Part shown: in pieces, positions 19,963 to 27,797 of the stretch | Position numbering within the stretch: the first letter of the stretch is position 1 | How the letters are laid out: every line of letters starts with the position of its first letter | Assembly: GCF_029893085.1 (NCBI RefSeq) | Contig: NZ_JARXWI010000023.1 | Coordinates: 1-32,000, forward strand | Direction of reading: 5' to 3' | Source of the DNA: Parabacteroides sp. PFB2-10 | GTDB taxonomy: Bacteria; Bacteroidota; Bacteroidia; Bacteroidales; Tannerellaceae | DNA: 32,000 nucleotides | Translations under genes and position numbers: made by a program | The notes under the pieces: generated by a model | What the model was told of the DNA's origin: nothing | The model's input: only the letters and a program-made list of their open reading frames with translations | The model's database searches: none

Positions 19963-21858
19963 TTATTCCGGCGATTGGTTGATCTCCTGAATGTAGTTCC
20001 ACAGCTTACGGTAGAAGGTATGTTTGGTGAGTGTTTGGGCATCGCCCAGAATGATCAGTTTCATTCGGGCACGGGTGATGGCTACGTTCATGCGGCGTAG
20101 GTCGTGAAGAAAGCCAATCTGCCCCGTTTCGTTGGCACGTACCAGGCTGATCAGGATCACATCGCGTTCCTGCCCCTGAAATCCGTCTACGGTATGGATG
20201 CTGATCAGTCGTTTGTAGGGTTTGAAAAAAGAGTCCTGGTTGAGGCGTTGGCGCAGGTAATAGACTTGTGCTTTATAGGGTGAGATCAGTCCGAAGTCGA
20301 TGTTTTCTTCCAGGATGCGGTCTCTCCCGATTTTTTCCAGGTAGGCTTTGAGCTCGGCGATCAATAATTGTGCCTCTTGTTTGTTTACGCGGCTCATGCT
20401 TCCCGAGCGCACCTCTTCGGTGAAATCCATCTCCGAGGTGTCGATCCAGTTGATGGGTTGATCGTATTGCAGAATGCCGCGCTCTTTCACCTCCGGGGCT
20501 GCCACCAGGCGGTCGTGGTAGAACCATTGCGAAGGGAATTTCATAATCGCTTGGTGCATGCGGTATTGCATGGTGAGCAGGGAGACCGATTGGGGTTTGT
20601 GGCTAACAATCTTCTCCATCAGGGTGAAGTCGAGCCCGCCACGGGCGGCTTCGGGACATTTGATGGTGGGTGGAAGCTGCTGGTGGTCGCCGGCGAGGAT
20701 CACCCGGTCGGCCTTGCCGATCGCGATCCAGCAGGCGGGTTCCAATGCCTGTGTGGCTTCATCGATGAAGAGGGTGGTGAAGTGGCGGTTCAGCATCAGG
20801 CGATGATCGGAACCAACCAAGGTGCTGGCCACTACGCGCGCCTCCTCAAATAGTTCCATATCGATTTTCACTTCCAGTTCTGTCACGCGGAAGCGCATGC
20901 GGGATAGGCGGTTGCGAACGGTCTCTCCACTGCTTCCGCTCTTACGCGAGGCCGACTGTAAGGCACGGATATTCCTCCGCAAACTCCATAATTCCGGATA
21001 ATCGGGATGTGCCTCGAAGCGACGCTCGTAGGTGAATGAAAGCATTTTTTCGTTTACCCGTGTCGGGTTTCCGATGCGGAGCACGTTGACGCCCCGGTCG
21101 ACCAGCTTCTCCGAGATCCAGTCGACTGCTGCGTTGCTCTGGGCACAGACCAATACCTGGTTCTCCCGGCGCAGCGTTTCATAAATGGCTTCGACTAAGG
21201 TGGTTGTTTTTCCGGTGCCCGGCGGGCCATGTACCACTGCGACATCTTTGGCTTCCAATACTTTGTTGACGGCGCTTTCCTGCGACGGATTCAGCCAGGG
21301 GAAGCGGGTTGGAAAAAGGGAGCGGGTGGAGGGCATTTGTTTACCGATCAGTTTCTCGCGCAATTCGGCAAGCCGACCGGTGTTTGTTTTCATCACCCGG
21401 GTCAGGGCTTCAAACATGATTCGGTAGCTGGTCTCATCAAAATAGAGCTGAATACCCAGATCCATTCTTCCCTGCACCTCGGCCAAAGCGGCAGCCGAAG
21501 GCAGAACCACCACCATATACTCGTCGCCGACATAACTAACTGTTGCGGTAAAAGTGAGGTATTGCATTTCACCGCTCAACGCGGTATTGAAAAAGACAAT
21601 GGGACGGCCGGGTTCAAAGTTATGCTCGGTCTCGAAGTCTGAACGCCGCTCCACGACAACGACAAGCTGATTCAGGGAGTTGTAATAACTCCTGCCCGGC
21701 GCGACAGGATACCAGCACAGGCCTTGCTGAATCTTCCTTTCGACACCGATACGCTCTGCCTGCAGGCGATAGTTTTCTTTCTCGTAGGCATACTCCAACT
21801 GAAGCAGATCATACTGTTTCTGCAGATCGGCCAAAGCAGAGGCAGGGGGGTGTTGCAT
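19963..21858 (-). CDS. Superfamily-1 helicase, Upf1/IGHMBP2(SMUBP-2)/DNA2-like
   Basis: 631-aa ORF. Walker A VHGPPGTGKTTT, Walker B LFIDEATQ, then ILAGDHQQLPP, TVDGFQGQERDVILIS and MNVAITRAR. The helicase core is preceded by an N-terminal region of about 190 aa. Confidence 0.9.
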   Translation of the reverse strand: MQHPPASALADLQKQYDLLQLEYAYEKENYRLQAERIGVERKIQQGLCWYPVAPGRSYYNSLNQLVVVVERRSDFETEHNFEPGRPIVFFNTALSGEMQYLTFTATVSYVGDEYMVVVLPSAAALAEVQGRMDLGIQLYFDETSYRIMFEALTRVMKTNTGRLAELREKLIGKQMPSTRSLFPTRFPWLNPSQESAVNKVLEAKDVAVVHGPPGTGKTTTLVEAIYETLRRENQVLVCAQSNAAVDWISEKLVDRGVNVLRIGNPTRVNEKMLSFTYERRFEAHPDYPELWSLRRNIRALQSASRKSGSSGETVRNRLSRMRFRVTELEVKIDMELFEEARVVASTLVGSDHRLMLNRHFTTLFIDEATQALEPACWIAIGKADRVILAGDHQQLPPTIKCPEAARGGLDFTLMEKIVSHKPQSVSLLTMQYRMHQAIMKFPSQWFYHDRLVAAPEVKERGILQYDQPINWIDTSEMDFTEEVRSGSMSRVNKQEAQLLIAELKAYLEKIGRDRILEENIDFGLISPYKAQVYYLRQRLNQDSFFKPYKRLISIHTVDGFQGQERDVILISLVRANETGQIGFLHDLRRMNVAITRARMKLIILGDAQTLTKHTFYRKLWNYIQEINQSPE

Positions 21859-21871
21859 CTGAAACAGGGCA

Positions 21872-23803
21872 CTAATCGAGTGTTTCTATTTCTTTCAGCC
21901 ACATGGCGGAGGCCGCATCGCTTGGCATGCGCCAGTCACTGCGTGGTGAAAAGCTTATATTCCCGACTTTGGGGCCGTCGGGCAGGCAGTTGCGCTTGTA
22001 TTGCTGCTGGAAGAAACGGCGATAGAAGGTATGTAGCCACTTCTTGATGGTTGCTTTGTCGTAGATGCCGTCGAAAGCCAGTTGTGCCAGGTAATATATT
22101 TTGGCAGGACGGCTGCCGAATCGCATGCAATAATAAAGGAAGAAATCATGCAGTTCGTAGGGGCCAACCAGGTCTTCCGTTTTCTGCAATAGGTTTCCTT
22201 CCGTGTCGGCGGGTACTAACTCCGGACTAATAGGCGTATCTACGATGTCAAGCAGGGTAAGGCGCGACGTTTCGTCGGCCCGGTTTTCCGCTATCCAAAC
22301 GACAAGCGACTGAATCAATGTTTTGGGGATGCTTACATTGACATTATACATCGACATGTGGTCGCCATTATAGGTAGCCCAGCCCAACGCCAGTTCGGAG
22401 AGGTCGCCGGTGCCGATCACCAGACCGTTCACCTGGTTAGCGATATCCATCAGGATCTGTGTCCGTTCGCGCGCCTGGCTGTTTTCATAGGTCACGTCAT
22501 GCACGGCAGGGTCATGATTAATGTCTTTGAAATGTTGGGTGGTGGCCTCTTTTATAGATATTTCCCTGATCGTCACGCCTAAGGAACGCATCAGGCTGAG
22601 GGCATTGGCATAGGTGCGGCCGGTGGTGCCGAATCCGGGCATGGTAATGCCTGTTATATTTGCCCGGGGGATTTGGAGCAGGTCGAATGTCATCACGGTG
22701 ACCAATAGAGCCAGTGTCGAATCCAGTCCGCCGGAGATCCCGATAACGGCGGTTTGTGCCTGTGTATGTTCCAGTCGTTTGGCTAATCCGGCCACTTGTA
22801 TTTGCAGTATCTCTTCACAATGTTCCGACAGCTTTTCGCCGCTTGGGCGGAATGGGTGCGGATTGATCTTACGTGTAAGCGCGACAGGCTGGTCGGTATG
22901 GGGGAGAGAAGCTGATACCTGCAACACTTCGATCCGTTCGAATCCAGTCAGTCCTTTGTTGAAATTGGTATTTTCCATGCGGTCATGGAGTAAATGATCA
23001 ATATCGATCTCGCTGATGAGCAGTTCGCCATCGCGTTGAAAGCGTTTGGCTTCAGCCAGGATGTTTCCATTTTCCGCAATCAGGGAGCTGCCAGCAAAGA
23101 CAACATCGGAGGTCGATTCGCCATAACCTGCCGTAGCATAGACATAGCCTGCCAGGCAACGGGCGGATTGTTGTTTTACTAATTGCTTACGATATTGGTG
23201 TTTTCCGATCACCTCATTGCTGGCCGACGGGTTGACGATAATCGTTGCCCCGGCCATGGTCAGTCTGGAACTGGGAGGAATCGGCATCCATAAGTCTTCA
23301 CAAATATCCACACAGAAAGAGACAGTTCCCGCTGTGAACAGCATATTTTCACTCATAGGATAGAGCTGCCCGGATATATTTATGGTGTTCCCCTGCAGGT
23401 CGGTAGCGGAGGTAAACCAGCGTTTCTCCTGAAATTCTTTGCCGTTGGGGAGATATGTCTTGGGTACAACGCCCAATATGCGTCCTTTTTGTATGCCTAC
23501 ACAGGCGTTGACTAAGCAATTCCCGCTTCGCAGAGGAAGGCTGACGAAGGTAAGCATGTCAATGTCTTTGGTGTTTTCTACTAATTGAACAAGCGCTTTT
23601 TCCGCCTCTTCAATCAGCGTCTGTTGCAAAAACAGATCCAGGCAGGTATACGCTGTAACAGATAATTCCGGAAAGACAATGGCTTGCACTCCTTGTTCGG
23701 CTGCTTTTCGCATGAAAACTTCTATCTGTTCGATATTATAAAAACAATCTGCCACCCTTACCGGTGGAGTAGCCGCGGCTACTTTAACGAATCCGTAGTT
23801 CAT
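21872..23803 (-). CDS. nadE: Glutamine-dependent NAD+ synthetase (long form: CN-hydrolase domain plus synthetase domain)
   Basis: 643-aa ORF. N-terminal nitrilase-like domain (VFPELSVTAYTC, ICEDLW). PP-loop GISGGLDSTLALLV in the C-terminal half. Confidence 0.95.
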   Translation of the reverse strand: MNYGFVKVAAATPPVRVADCFYNIEQIEVFMRKAAEQGVQAIVFPELSVTAYTCLDLFLQQTLIEEAEKALVQLVENTKDIDMLTFVSLPLRSGNCLVNACVGIQKGRILGVVPKTYLPNGKEFQEKRWFTSATDLQGNTINISGQLYPMSENMLFTAGTVSFCVDICEDLWMPIPPSSRLTMAGATIIVNPSASNEVIGKHQYRKQLVKQQSARCLAGYVYATAGYGESTSDVVFAGSSLIAENGNILAEAKRFQRDGELLISEIDIDHLLHDRMENTNFNKGLTGFERIEVLQVSASLPHTDQPVALTRKINPHPFRPSGEKLSEHCEEILQIQVAGLAKRLEHTQAQTAVIGISGGLDSTLALLVTVMTFDLLQIPRANITGITMPGFGTTGRTYANALSLMRSLGVTIREISIKEATTQHFKDINHDPAVHDVTYENSQARERTQILMDIANQVNGLVIGTGDLSELALGWATYNGDHMSMYNVNVSIPKTLIQSLVVWIAENRADETSRLTLLDIVDTPISPELVPADTEGNLLQKTEDLVGPYELHDFFLYYCMRFGSRPAKIYYLAQLAFDGIYDKATIKKWLHTFYRRFFQQQYKRNCLPDGPKVGNISFSPRSDWRMPSDAASAMWLKEIETLD

Positions 23804-23822
23804 AATCCTTTAAGTCAAGGCT

Positions 23823-23830
23823 CAAAGATA
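23823..23830 (-). promoter_or_regulatory. Perfect -7 box (TATCTTTG) 19 nt upstream of the nadE ATG
   Basis: The minus strand reads gacTTATCTTTGagccttgacttaaaggattATG. It lies just downstream of the sigma-gene terminator. Confidence 0.4.
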
Positions 23831-23866
23831 AGTCTTTTTCAGCGAGCTCACACAATAGGCCCATAC

Positions 23867-23914
23867 AAAAAAAAGAAGGTGAAACCGGGGGGCTTCACCT
23901 TCTTTTTTCTTTTT
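23867..23914 (-). terminator. Rho-independent terminator after the sigma factor gene (bidirectional in form)
   Basis: GAAGGTGAAaCC (23875-23886) pairs with GGcTTCACCTTC (23891-23902), loop GGGG. It is flanked by an 8-nt A-run on one side and T-runs on the other, so a U-tract follows the stem on either strand. Confidence 0.8.
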
Positions 23915-23944
23915 GTCTAAAATCTTTAAATGTGGAAACGGTTA

Positions 23945-24454
23945 TTAATTGCAATAAAAATCTTTTAATTCATTTTGTAAACGTTGGCGGGCAACAAATA
24001 TCCGGCTTTTGACTGTGCCCATAGGTATATCCATCATTTCGGATATTTCGTCGTATTTGTATCCGCTTACGAAAAGGGCAAAAGGTACTTTCATATCTTC
24101 ACTCAAGCCTTCAATGGCGCGGTTGATCTCTTTCATGTCGATGCATCCTTCCGGTGAATCAAAGCCTGAATGGTCGAAAGAGTCTACATTGTACAGGTCG
24201 GCTCCGGCATCAATAATAGAATGTGTGCGGATCATCCGGTTGTAGTTGTTGATGAAAATGTTACGCATAACGGTCATCACCCAACCTTTGAAGTTTGTGT
24301 TGTCCGTAAACTTGTCGCGGTTGTCTAACACTTTCAGTGTCGTGTCTTGCAGTAAATCCTGCGCGTCTTCCTTGTTTGCGGTCAGTGTCAGTGCAAAACT
24401 GAATAAGTTGTCTTGCAAACTGAGTAATCTTGTCTGAAATTGTAAAGCAGTCAT
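23945..24454 (-). CDS. ECF-type RNA polymerase sigma-70 family factor
   Basis: 169-aa ORF. Region 2 (DAQDLLQDTTLKVL, FKGWVMTVMRNIFINNY) and region 4 HTH (GYKYDEISEMMDIPMGTVKSRIFVARQRL). No adjacent anti-sigma gene. Confidence 0.9.
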   Translation of the reverse strand: MTALQFQTRLLSLQDNLFSFALTLTANKEDAQDLLQDTTLKVLDNRDKFTDNTNFKGWVMTVMRNIFINNYNRMIRTHSIIDAGADLYNVDSFDHSGFDSPEGCIDMKEINRAIEGLSEDMKVPFALFVSGYKYDEISEMMDIPMGTVKSRIFVARQRLQNELKDFYCN

Positions 24455-24505
24455 TGTTAAAATCGTTTTTCGCTGTTATTATAAAAACCTTATTTACTCC
24501 CTGAA

Positions 24506-24525
24506 ATCGCTGATTTATCGCTGAT
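24506..24525. promoter_or_regulatory. Tandem 9-nt direct repeat ATCGCTGAT x2 with 11-bp phasing, upstream of the sigma gene
   Basis: ATCGCTGAT occurs at 24506-24514 and 24517-24525. Each unit is an ATC-N3-GAT mini-palindrome. The repeats lie 52-71 nt upstream of the sigma ATG (24454). The operator role is inference only. Confidence 0.3.
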
Positions 24526-24570
24526 CGATATGCGAATGTAGGAAGAGCGAAAAAGATGGAAAACAATTTT

Positions 24571-24677
24571 TTGAAGAAAATATTTGAAGAATTGAAAGTT
24601 CTTTGTTTTTCAAGAAATGAAGCGGTTTTTGAATAGAATATTCAACCTTTTCAAGTTGAGAAAAATGACATTTTCAA
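24571..24677. repeat. Dense array of TTGAA/TTCAA pentamers (9 in 107 bp)
   Basis: TTGAA at 24571, 24584, 24592 and 24629. TTCAA at 24609, 24641, 24650 and 24673. TTGAG at 24656. Includes the palindrome TTGAATAgaaTATTCAA (24629-24645) and the hairpin GTTGAgAAAA-atgac-TTTTCAAC (24655-24678) just after the upp stop. Confidence 0.7.
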
Positions 24678-24710
24678 CAAAATGATTACAATTCTCAAGA
24701 AAGCATCCCT

Positions 24711-25364
24711 TTATTCCTTCTCACCGTAAGCCAGGTCACCGGCATCTCCCAGGCCAGGTACAATATAGGCATGCTCGTCCAGGTCGTCGTCGAGGGCAGC
24801 AATCCACAGGGTAATGGGCGCTTCCGGCAGTTTTTCCTGCAGGTAGTCGACCGCTTGCCGGCTGGCAATGATAGCGGCAAAGTGGATTTCGGCGGGTTCC
24901 CCTTTGGTGCGTAAGGCTTCGTAAGCCAGCTCCATCGATGAGCCCGTGGCAAGCATCGGGTCGGTAATGATCAATGTTTTTCCGGTTAAAGGAGGCGCAG
25001 CAATATATTCAATGTGGATATCAAAATTCAATCGGTCTTTGTATTTCCGGTAAGCGGAAACAAACGCATTCTCTGCGTGATCCATATAACTTAAAAATCC
25101 CTGGTGATAAGGTATTCCTGCACGCAGGATCGTCGCCAGGACTGTTTGGTTATCCGGTGTATAGGTTGGAGCTATGCCTAAGGGAGTTTGAATATTCTTT
25201 TCTGTGAACGAAAATGTTTTGCTGATTTCATAAGCCATGACTTCTCCAATGCGTTCCAGGTTACGGCGGAAACGCATACTGTCTTTCTGTATGGTGGTGT
25301 CGCGCAGCTCGGCAACAAAACTGTTTAAGATGGAATTTGGCGTGTTCAGATAAATAACCTTCAT
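24711..25364 (-). CDS. upp: Uracil phosphoribosyltransferase
   Basis: 217-aa ORF. LATILRAGIP, the PRPP-binding loop IITDPMLATGSS, and C-terminal YIVPGLGDAGDLAYGEK. Confidence 0.95.
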   Translation of the reverse strand: MKVIYLNTPNSILNSFVAELRDTTIQKDSMRFRRNLERIGEVMAYEISKTFSFTEKNIQTPLGIAPTYTPDNQTVLATILRAGIPYHQGFLSYMDHAENAFVSAYRKYKDRLNFDIHIEYIAAPPLTGKTLIITDPMLATGSSMELAYEALRTKGEPAEIHFAAIIASRQAVDYLQEKLPEAPITLWIAALDDDLDEHAYIVPGLGDAGDLAYGEKE

Positions 25365-25380
25365 ATACTTTTTTGGGAGT

Positions 25381-25388
25381 CAAAAGTA
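25381..25388 (-). promoter_or_regulatory. Perfect -7 box (TACTTTTG) 16 nt upstream of the upp ATG
   Basis: The minus strand reads atgacTACTTTTGactcccaaaaaagtatATG. TTGG lies 19 nt further upstream as a weak -33. Confidence 0.4.
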
Positions 25389-25419
25389 GTCATTACGGGT
25401 GTTGTTGCCAACTATTACG

Positions 25420-25483
25420 AAAAAAAAGAATCTATTTTTTATCTGTTTTCCGTCAAAAGAATAAGAGGTATAAAATAGATTCT
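25420..25483 (-). terminator. Probable terminator of the HU gene (12-bp stem, large loop, U-run)
   Basis: AGAATCTATTTT (25427-25438) pairs with AAAATAGATTCT (25472-25483). On the minus strand the stem is followed by 8 U. The 33-nt loop lowers confidence. Confidence 0.5.
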
Positions 25484-25520
25484 CTGCTGCCTTGATCCTG
25501 ATTCAGATCCTGATAATGTT

Positions 25521-25808
25521 TTAATTTTCATGTCCCTCATTCATCGCTTCAAGCAGGAATTTGCCTGGTTTGAATTTTACGGTAGTACGCGGCTTGATCA
25601 TGACCGGAGTACCCGTTTTAGGATTTCTGGCGAGGCGGCTGCTTTGCGGCCTGGGCAATAAGGTACCGAATCCAATCAATACGATTTCTTCTTTTTTGGT
25701 CATACATTCCGTTACGATTTCCATGCAGGCCTCCAGGGCTCTTTTGGCATCTGTCTTAGACAGATCTGCTTTTTGGGCTAAAACGTCGATAAATTCTTTC
25801 TTGTTCAT
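25521..25808 (-). CDS. hup: HU-family DNA-binding protein
   Basis: 95-aa ORF. MNKKEFIDVLA, GFGTL, and the arm region RLARNPKTGTPVMIKPRTTVKFKPGK. Confidence 0.93.
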   Translation of the reverse strand: MNKKEFIDVLAQKADLSKTDAKRALEACMEIVTECMTKKEEIVLIGFGTLLPRPQSSRLARNPKTGTPVMIKPRTTVKFKPGKFLLEAMNEGHEN

Positions 25809-25837
25809 GATAGTTAATGTTTCTGATTAAACCTATA

Positions 25838-25865
25838 CAAATATAAGCGTTGTGTGGTGTTCAAA
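25838..25865 (-). promoter_or_regulatory. Putative HU promoter (-33 TTTG, -7 TATATTTG)
   Basis: The minus strand reads aaaTTTGaacaccacacaacgctTATATTTGtat. The -7 box is perfect and lies 29 nt upstream of the ATG. The -33 spacing is 16 nt, which I think is shorter than usual. Confidence 0.45.
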
Positions 25866-26008
25866 TTTACCTATCTAACGAACTCAAGGCTTTATAACAG
25901 AATATACTGTATAAAAATAGGCCGTAATTGTTTCGAAAAACGAAATGATATTGGTATTTTTACTATTTTAGTTGCGATAATTGAAAACACAACAAAAGTG
26001 AACTAAAC

Positions 26009-26968
26009 ATGAAGTCAGAGCTTAATAGTGAATTGATAGAGGCGGTTAAGGAGAAAATGCTTGACGATCGAAACGTGCTTCATATTCTGATGGAGACATT
26101 ATCCATAGGCAAAGAGGCTGCCTATCGTCGAATCCGGGGGGATGTTCCTTTCTCCTTTTACGAAGTCGTTCTCATTGCCAAGGAATTGGGATTGTCGCTT
26201 GATGAGATCGCCGGCAATTCGGTTACCCACGGTGCCATGTTTTCCTTTAATCTGCAGAAAGAGGAAAACCCGTTTGATTACATTTACGGTATACTCAAAG
26301 GTTACTATAACCTGTATTTATATGTGCGGAATACGCCAACAGGAAAAGCGAGCAATGCCTCCAGTCATTTGCCGTTTCTTTATTATTTACAATATAAGAC
26401 ACTAACTAAATTCCGCGTATGCAGTTGGTTGCATCAGACTCATGGCATTAAGAGTATGCCAAAGATGAGTTCCGTCACCTTGCCTGACAACCTTTCCGAA
26501 ATCACACATCAGGTATCGGATATGCACCGGGGAGTAGCACATACCACCTTATTGTGGGATAAAAACATATTTGCTACACTCATCGAAGACATCCGTTTCT
26601 TTTATGAAATGGAGCTTGTTTCGGGAGAGGAGGTCCGATTGATGAAAGAGGAATTGAACAATCTGATCGATGAAATTGAAGAGATTGCGCACAAAGGGAA
26701 ATATGCGAATGGTAATGAAGTAGACATTTATATCTCCAGCATTAACCTGGAGGCCTCCTATACCTACGTAAGTAAAGAACATTTTCAATTGAGCGCTTTC
26801 CATATGTTCGGAATCGACTACATTCATTCCGAGAATCCGGGGATATGCGAAGAGCAAAGAATCTGGATCGATTCACTGAAGCGCTACGCCACGCTCATTT
26901 CACAATGTGGTGAAAAGGAGCGGTTAGCCTTTCTGAAAAAACAACGTGAATCTATTAATTCCCTGTGA
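26009..26968 (+). CDS. Uncharacterised protein with an N-terminal helix-turn-helix-like domain
   Basis: 319-aa ORF. Residues ~25-70 (ILMETLSIGKEAAYRRIRGDVPFSFYEVVLIAKELGLSLDEI) look like the HTH module of Bacteroidota 'helix-turn-helix domain-containing' proteins. I do not recognise the remaining ~250 aa. Lower GC than the housekeeping genes. Confidence 0.7.
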   Translation: MKSELNSELIEAVKEKMLDDRNVLHILMETLSIGKEAAYRRIRGDVPFSFYEVVLIAKELGLSLDEIAGNSVTHGAMFSFNLQKEENPFDYIYGILKGYYNLYLYVRNTPTGKASNASSHLPFLYYLQYKTLTKFRVCSWLHQTHGIKSMPKMSSVTLPDNLSEITHQVSDMHRGVAHTTLLWDKNIFATLIEDIRFFYEMELVSGEEVRLMKEELNNLIDEIEEIAHKGKYANGNEVDIYISSINLEASYTYVSKEHFQLSAFHMFGIDYIHSENPGICEEQRIWIDSLKRYATLISQCGEKERLAFLKKQRESINSL

Positions 26969-27797
26969 ACTTAACATACCCGATCTTCGTGTACTTCGTG
27001 TTATGCGATTCTATTTGTTTTAAAACTTTCGCCGAAGCAATATGTATTTTTTCATCTTTTTGATACGGATGTGTGCCAGGTGAAAGTGTTTTAGACGTAA
27101 GACTTCTGTCTTTCGCCTTTATTGTCAGCAAAAAATAATTACCGGCCGAATCGGTTGCAGTCAGCAACTGGTCGACATAGAAATACTCCACTCCACCGAC
27201 AAGATAGGTTTTGTAGTAATCATCTTCAACACGCACTTTGGTAATCGTTAATTCCAAGTTTTCAATCTTTTCACCCGGCCTACCCGCAAAATGGCCGGAG
27301 GCGGTCTTATACTTCTTCTTGGTTTGAAGATCCAGGAACACCTTGTTGTAAGTCTTGGCTAACTCCTTGAAACGGCGTTCGCTTTTTGTTTTCGCTTCAT
27401 ACTTGTCGGCGATCCAGTTTATATAACGTGGATCGATCAGGTAGATCGATTGAAGGTGATGCCCTCGGTATTTACCAAACAAGACAATATCATCACCCTG
27501 ATAAGGAGTGGAAGCGATCTCTTCTTTTAATTCCAGCGGCAATAGGGAATTGGCGATTGTACGCATGGCTTTCCGGACAGAAGAGAGGGCGTCCAATTCC
27601 AGGTTGAATAAATAAATGAAAGGGTGATATTCCGCGTCCGGATTGTAGAACCAAAGTGTATAATAGAGCGACTTATTGGTTGGATACAACACGATGTAAT
27701 ACCCCTTATCCGCAAATCTTCTTTGGTTGAAATCATGAAGCTTGCCCTGAACAATGGGTAATAACTCGTCCGGTATGTAAGGTAAACGATGGGTCAT
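26955..27797 (-). CDS. Uncharacterised 280-aa protein with a central DUF3820 / ExoX-C-terminal-like motif
   Basis: The central segment VLFGKYRGHHLQSIYLIDPRYINWIADKY resembles the FGK(Y/H)(K/R)G...L..I...P.Y..W motif of the small DUF3820/ExoX C-terminal domain. This is from memory and not HMM-verified. The start overlaps the DUF169 stop in ATGA. The C-terminal ~110 aa is beta-rich. Confidence 0.7.
   Translation of the reverse strand: MTHRLPYIPDELLPIVQGKLHDFNQRRFADKGYYIVLYPTNKSLYYTLWFYNPDAEYHPFIYLFNLELDALSSVRKAMRTIANSLLPLELKEEIASTPYQGDDIVLFGKYRGHHLQSIYLIDPRYINWIADKYEAKTKSERRFKELAKTYNKVFLDLQTKKKYKTASGHFAGRPGEKIENLELTITKVRVEDDYYKTYLVGGVEYFYVDQLLTATDSAGNYFLLTIKAKDRSLTSKTLSPGTHPYQKDEKIHIASAKVLKQIESHNTKYTKIGYVKFTGN

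Noticed and set aside
19003-21642. Long antisense ORFs inside prmA and the helicase gene (184 aa at 19003..19557; 161 aa at 20368..20853; 137 aa at 21229..21642)
   Set aside because: They lie opposite genes with complete catalytic motif sets, and their translations lack any recognisable motif. They are probably a by-product of codon bias.
24556-24636. 26-codon + strand ORF (MENNFLKKIFEELKVLCFSRNEAVFE) in the sigma upstream region
   Set aside because: It is generated by the TTGAA repeat array itself (TTG-AAG / GAA-TTG codons). It lies on the strand opposite all neighbouring genes and has no promoter box. A chance ORF in AT-rich repeat DNA is the simpler explanation.
25931-25962. Possible degenerate third, inverted copy of the intergenic element (TTTCGAAAAA...AAATGATATT resembles the reverse complement of core A and its flank)
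   Set aside because: Only two short AT-rich blocks of about 10 nt match, and the 20-nt GC-containing centre (CTCCTGCG..) is missing. Matches of this kind are expected by chance in AT-rich promoter DNA. The same bases are better explained as the TTTC-N20-TATTTTTA promoter of the 26009 gene.
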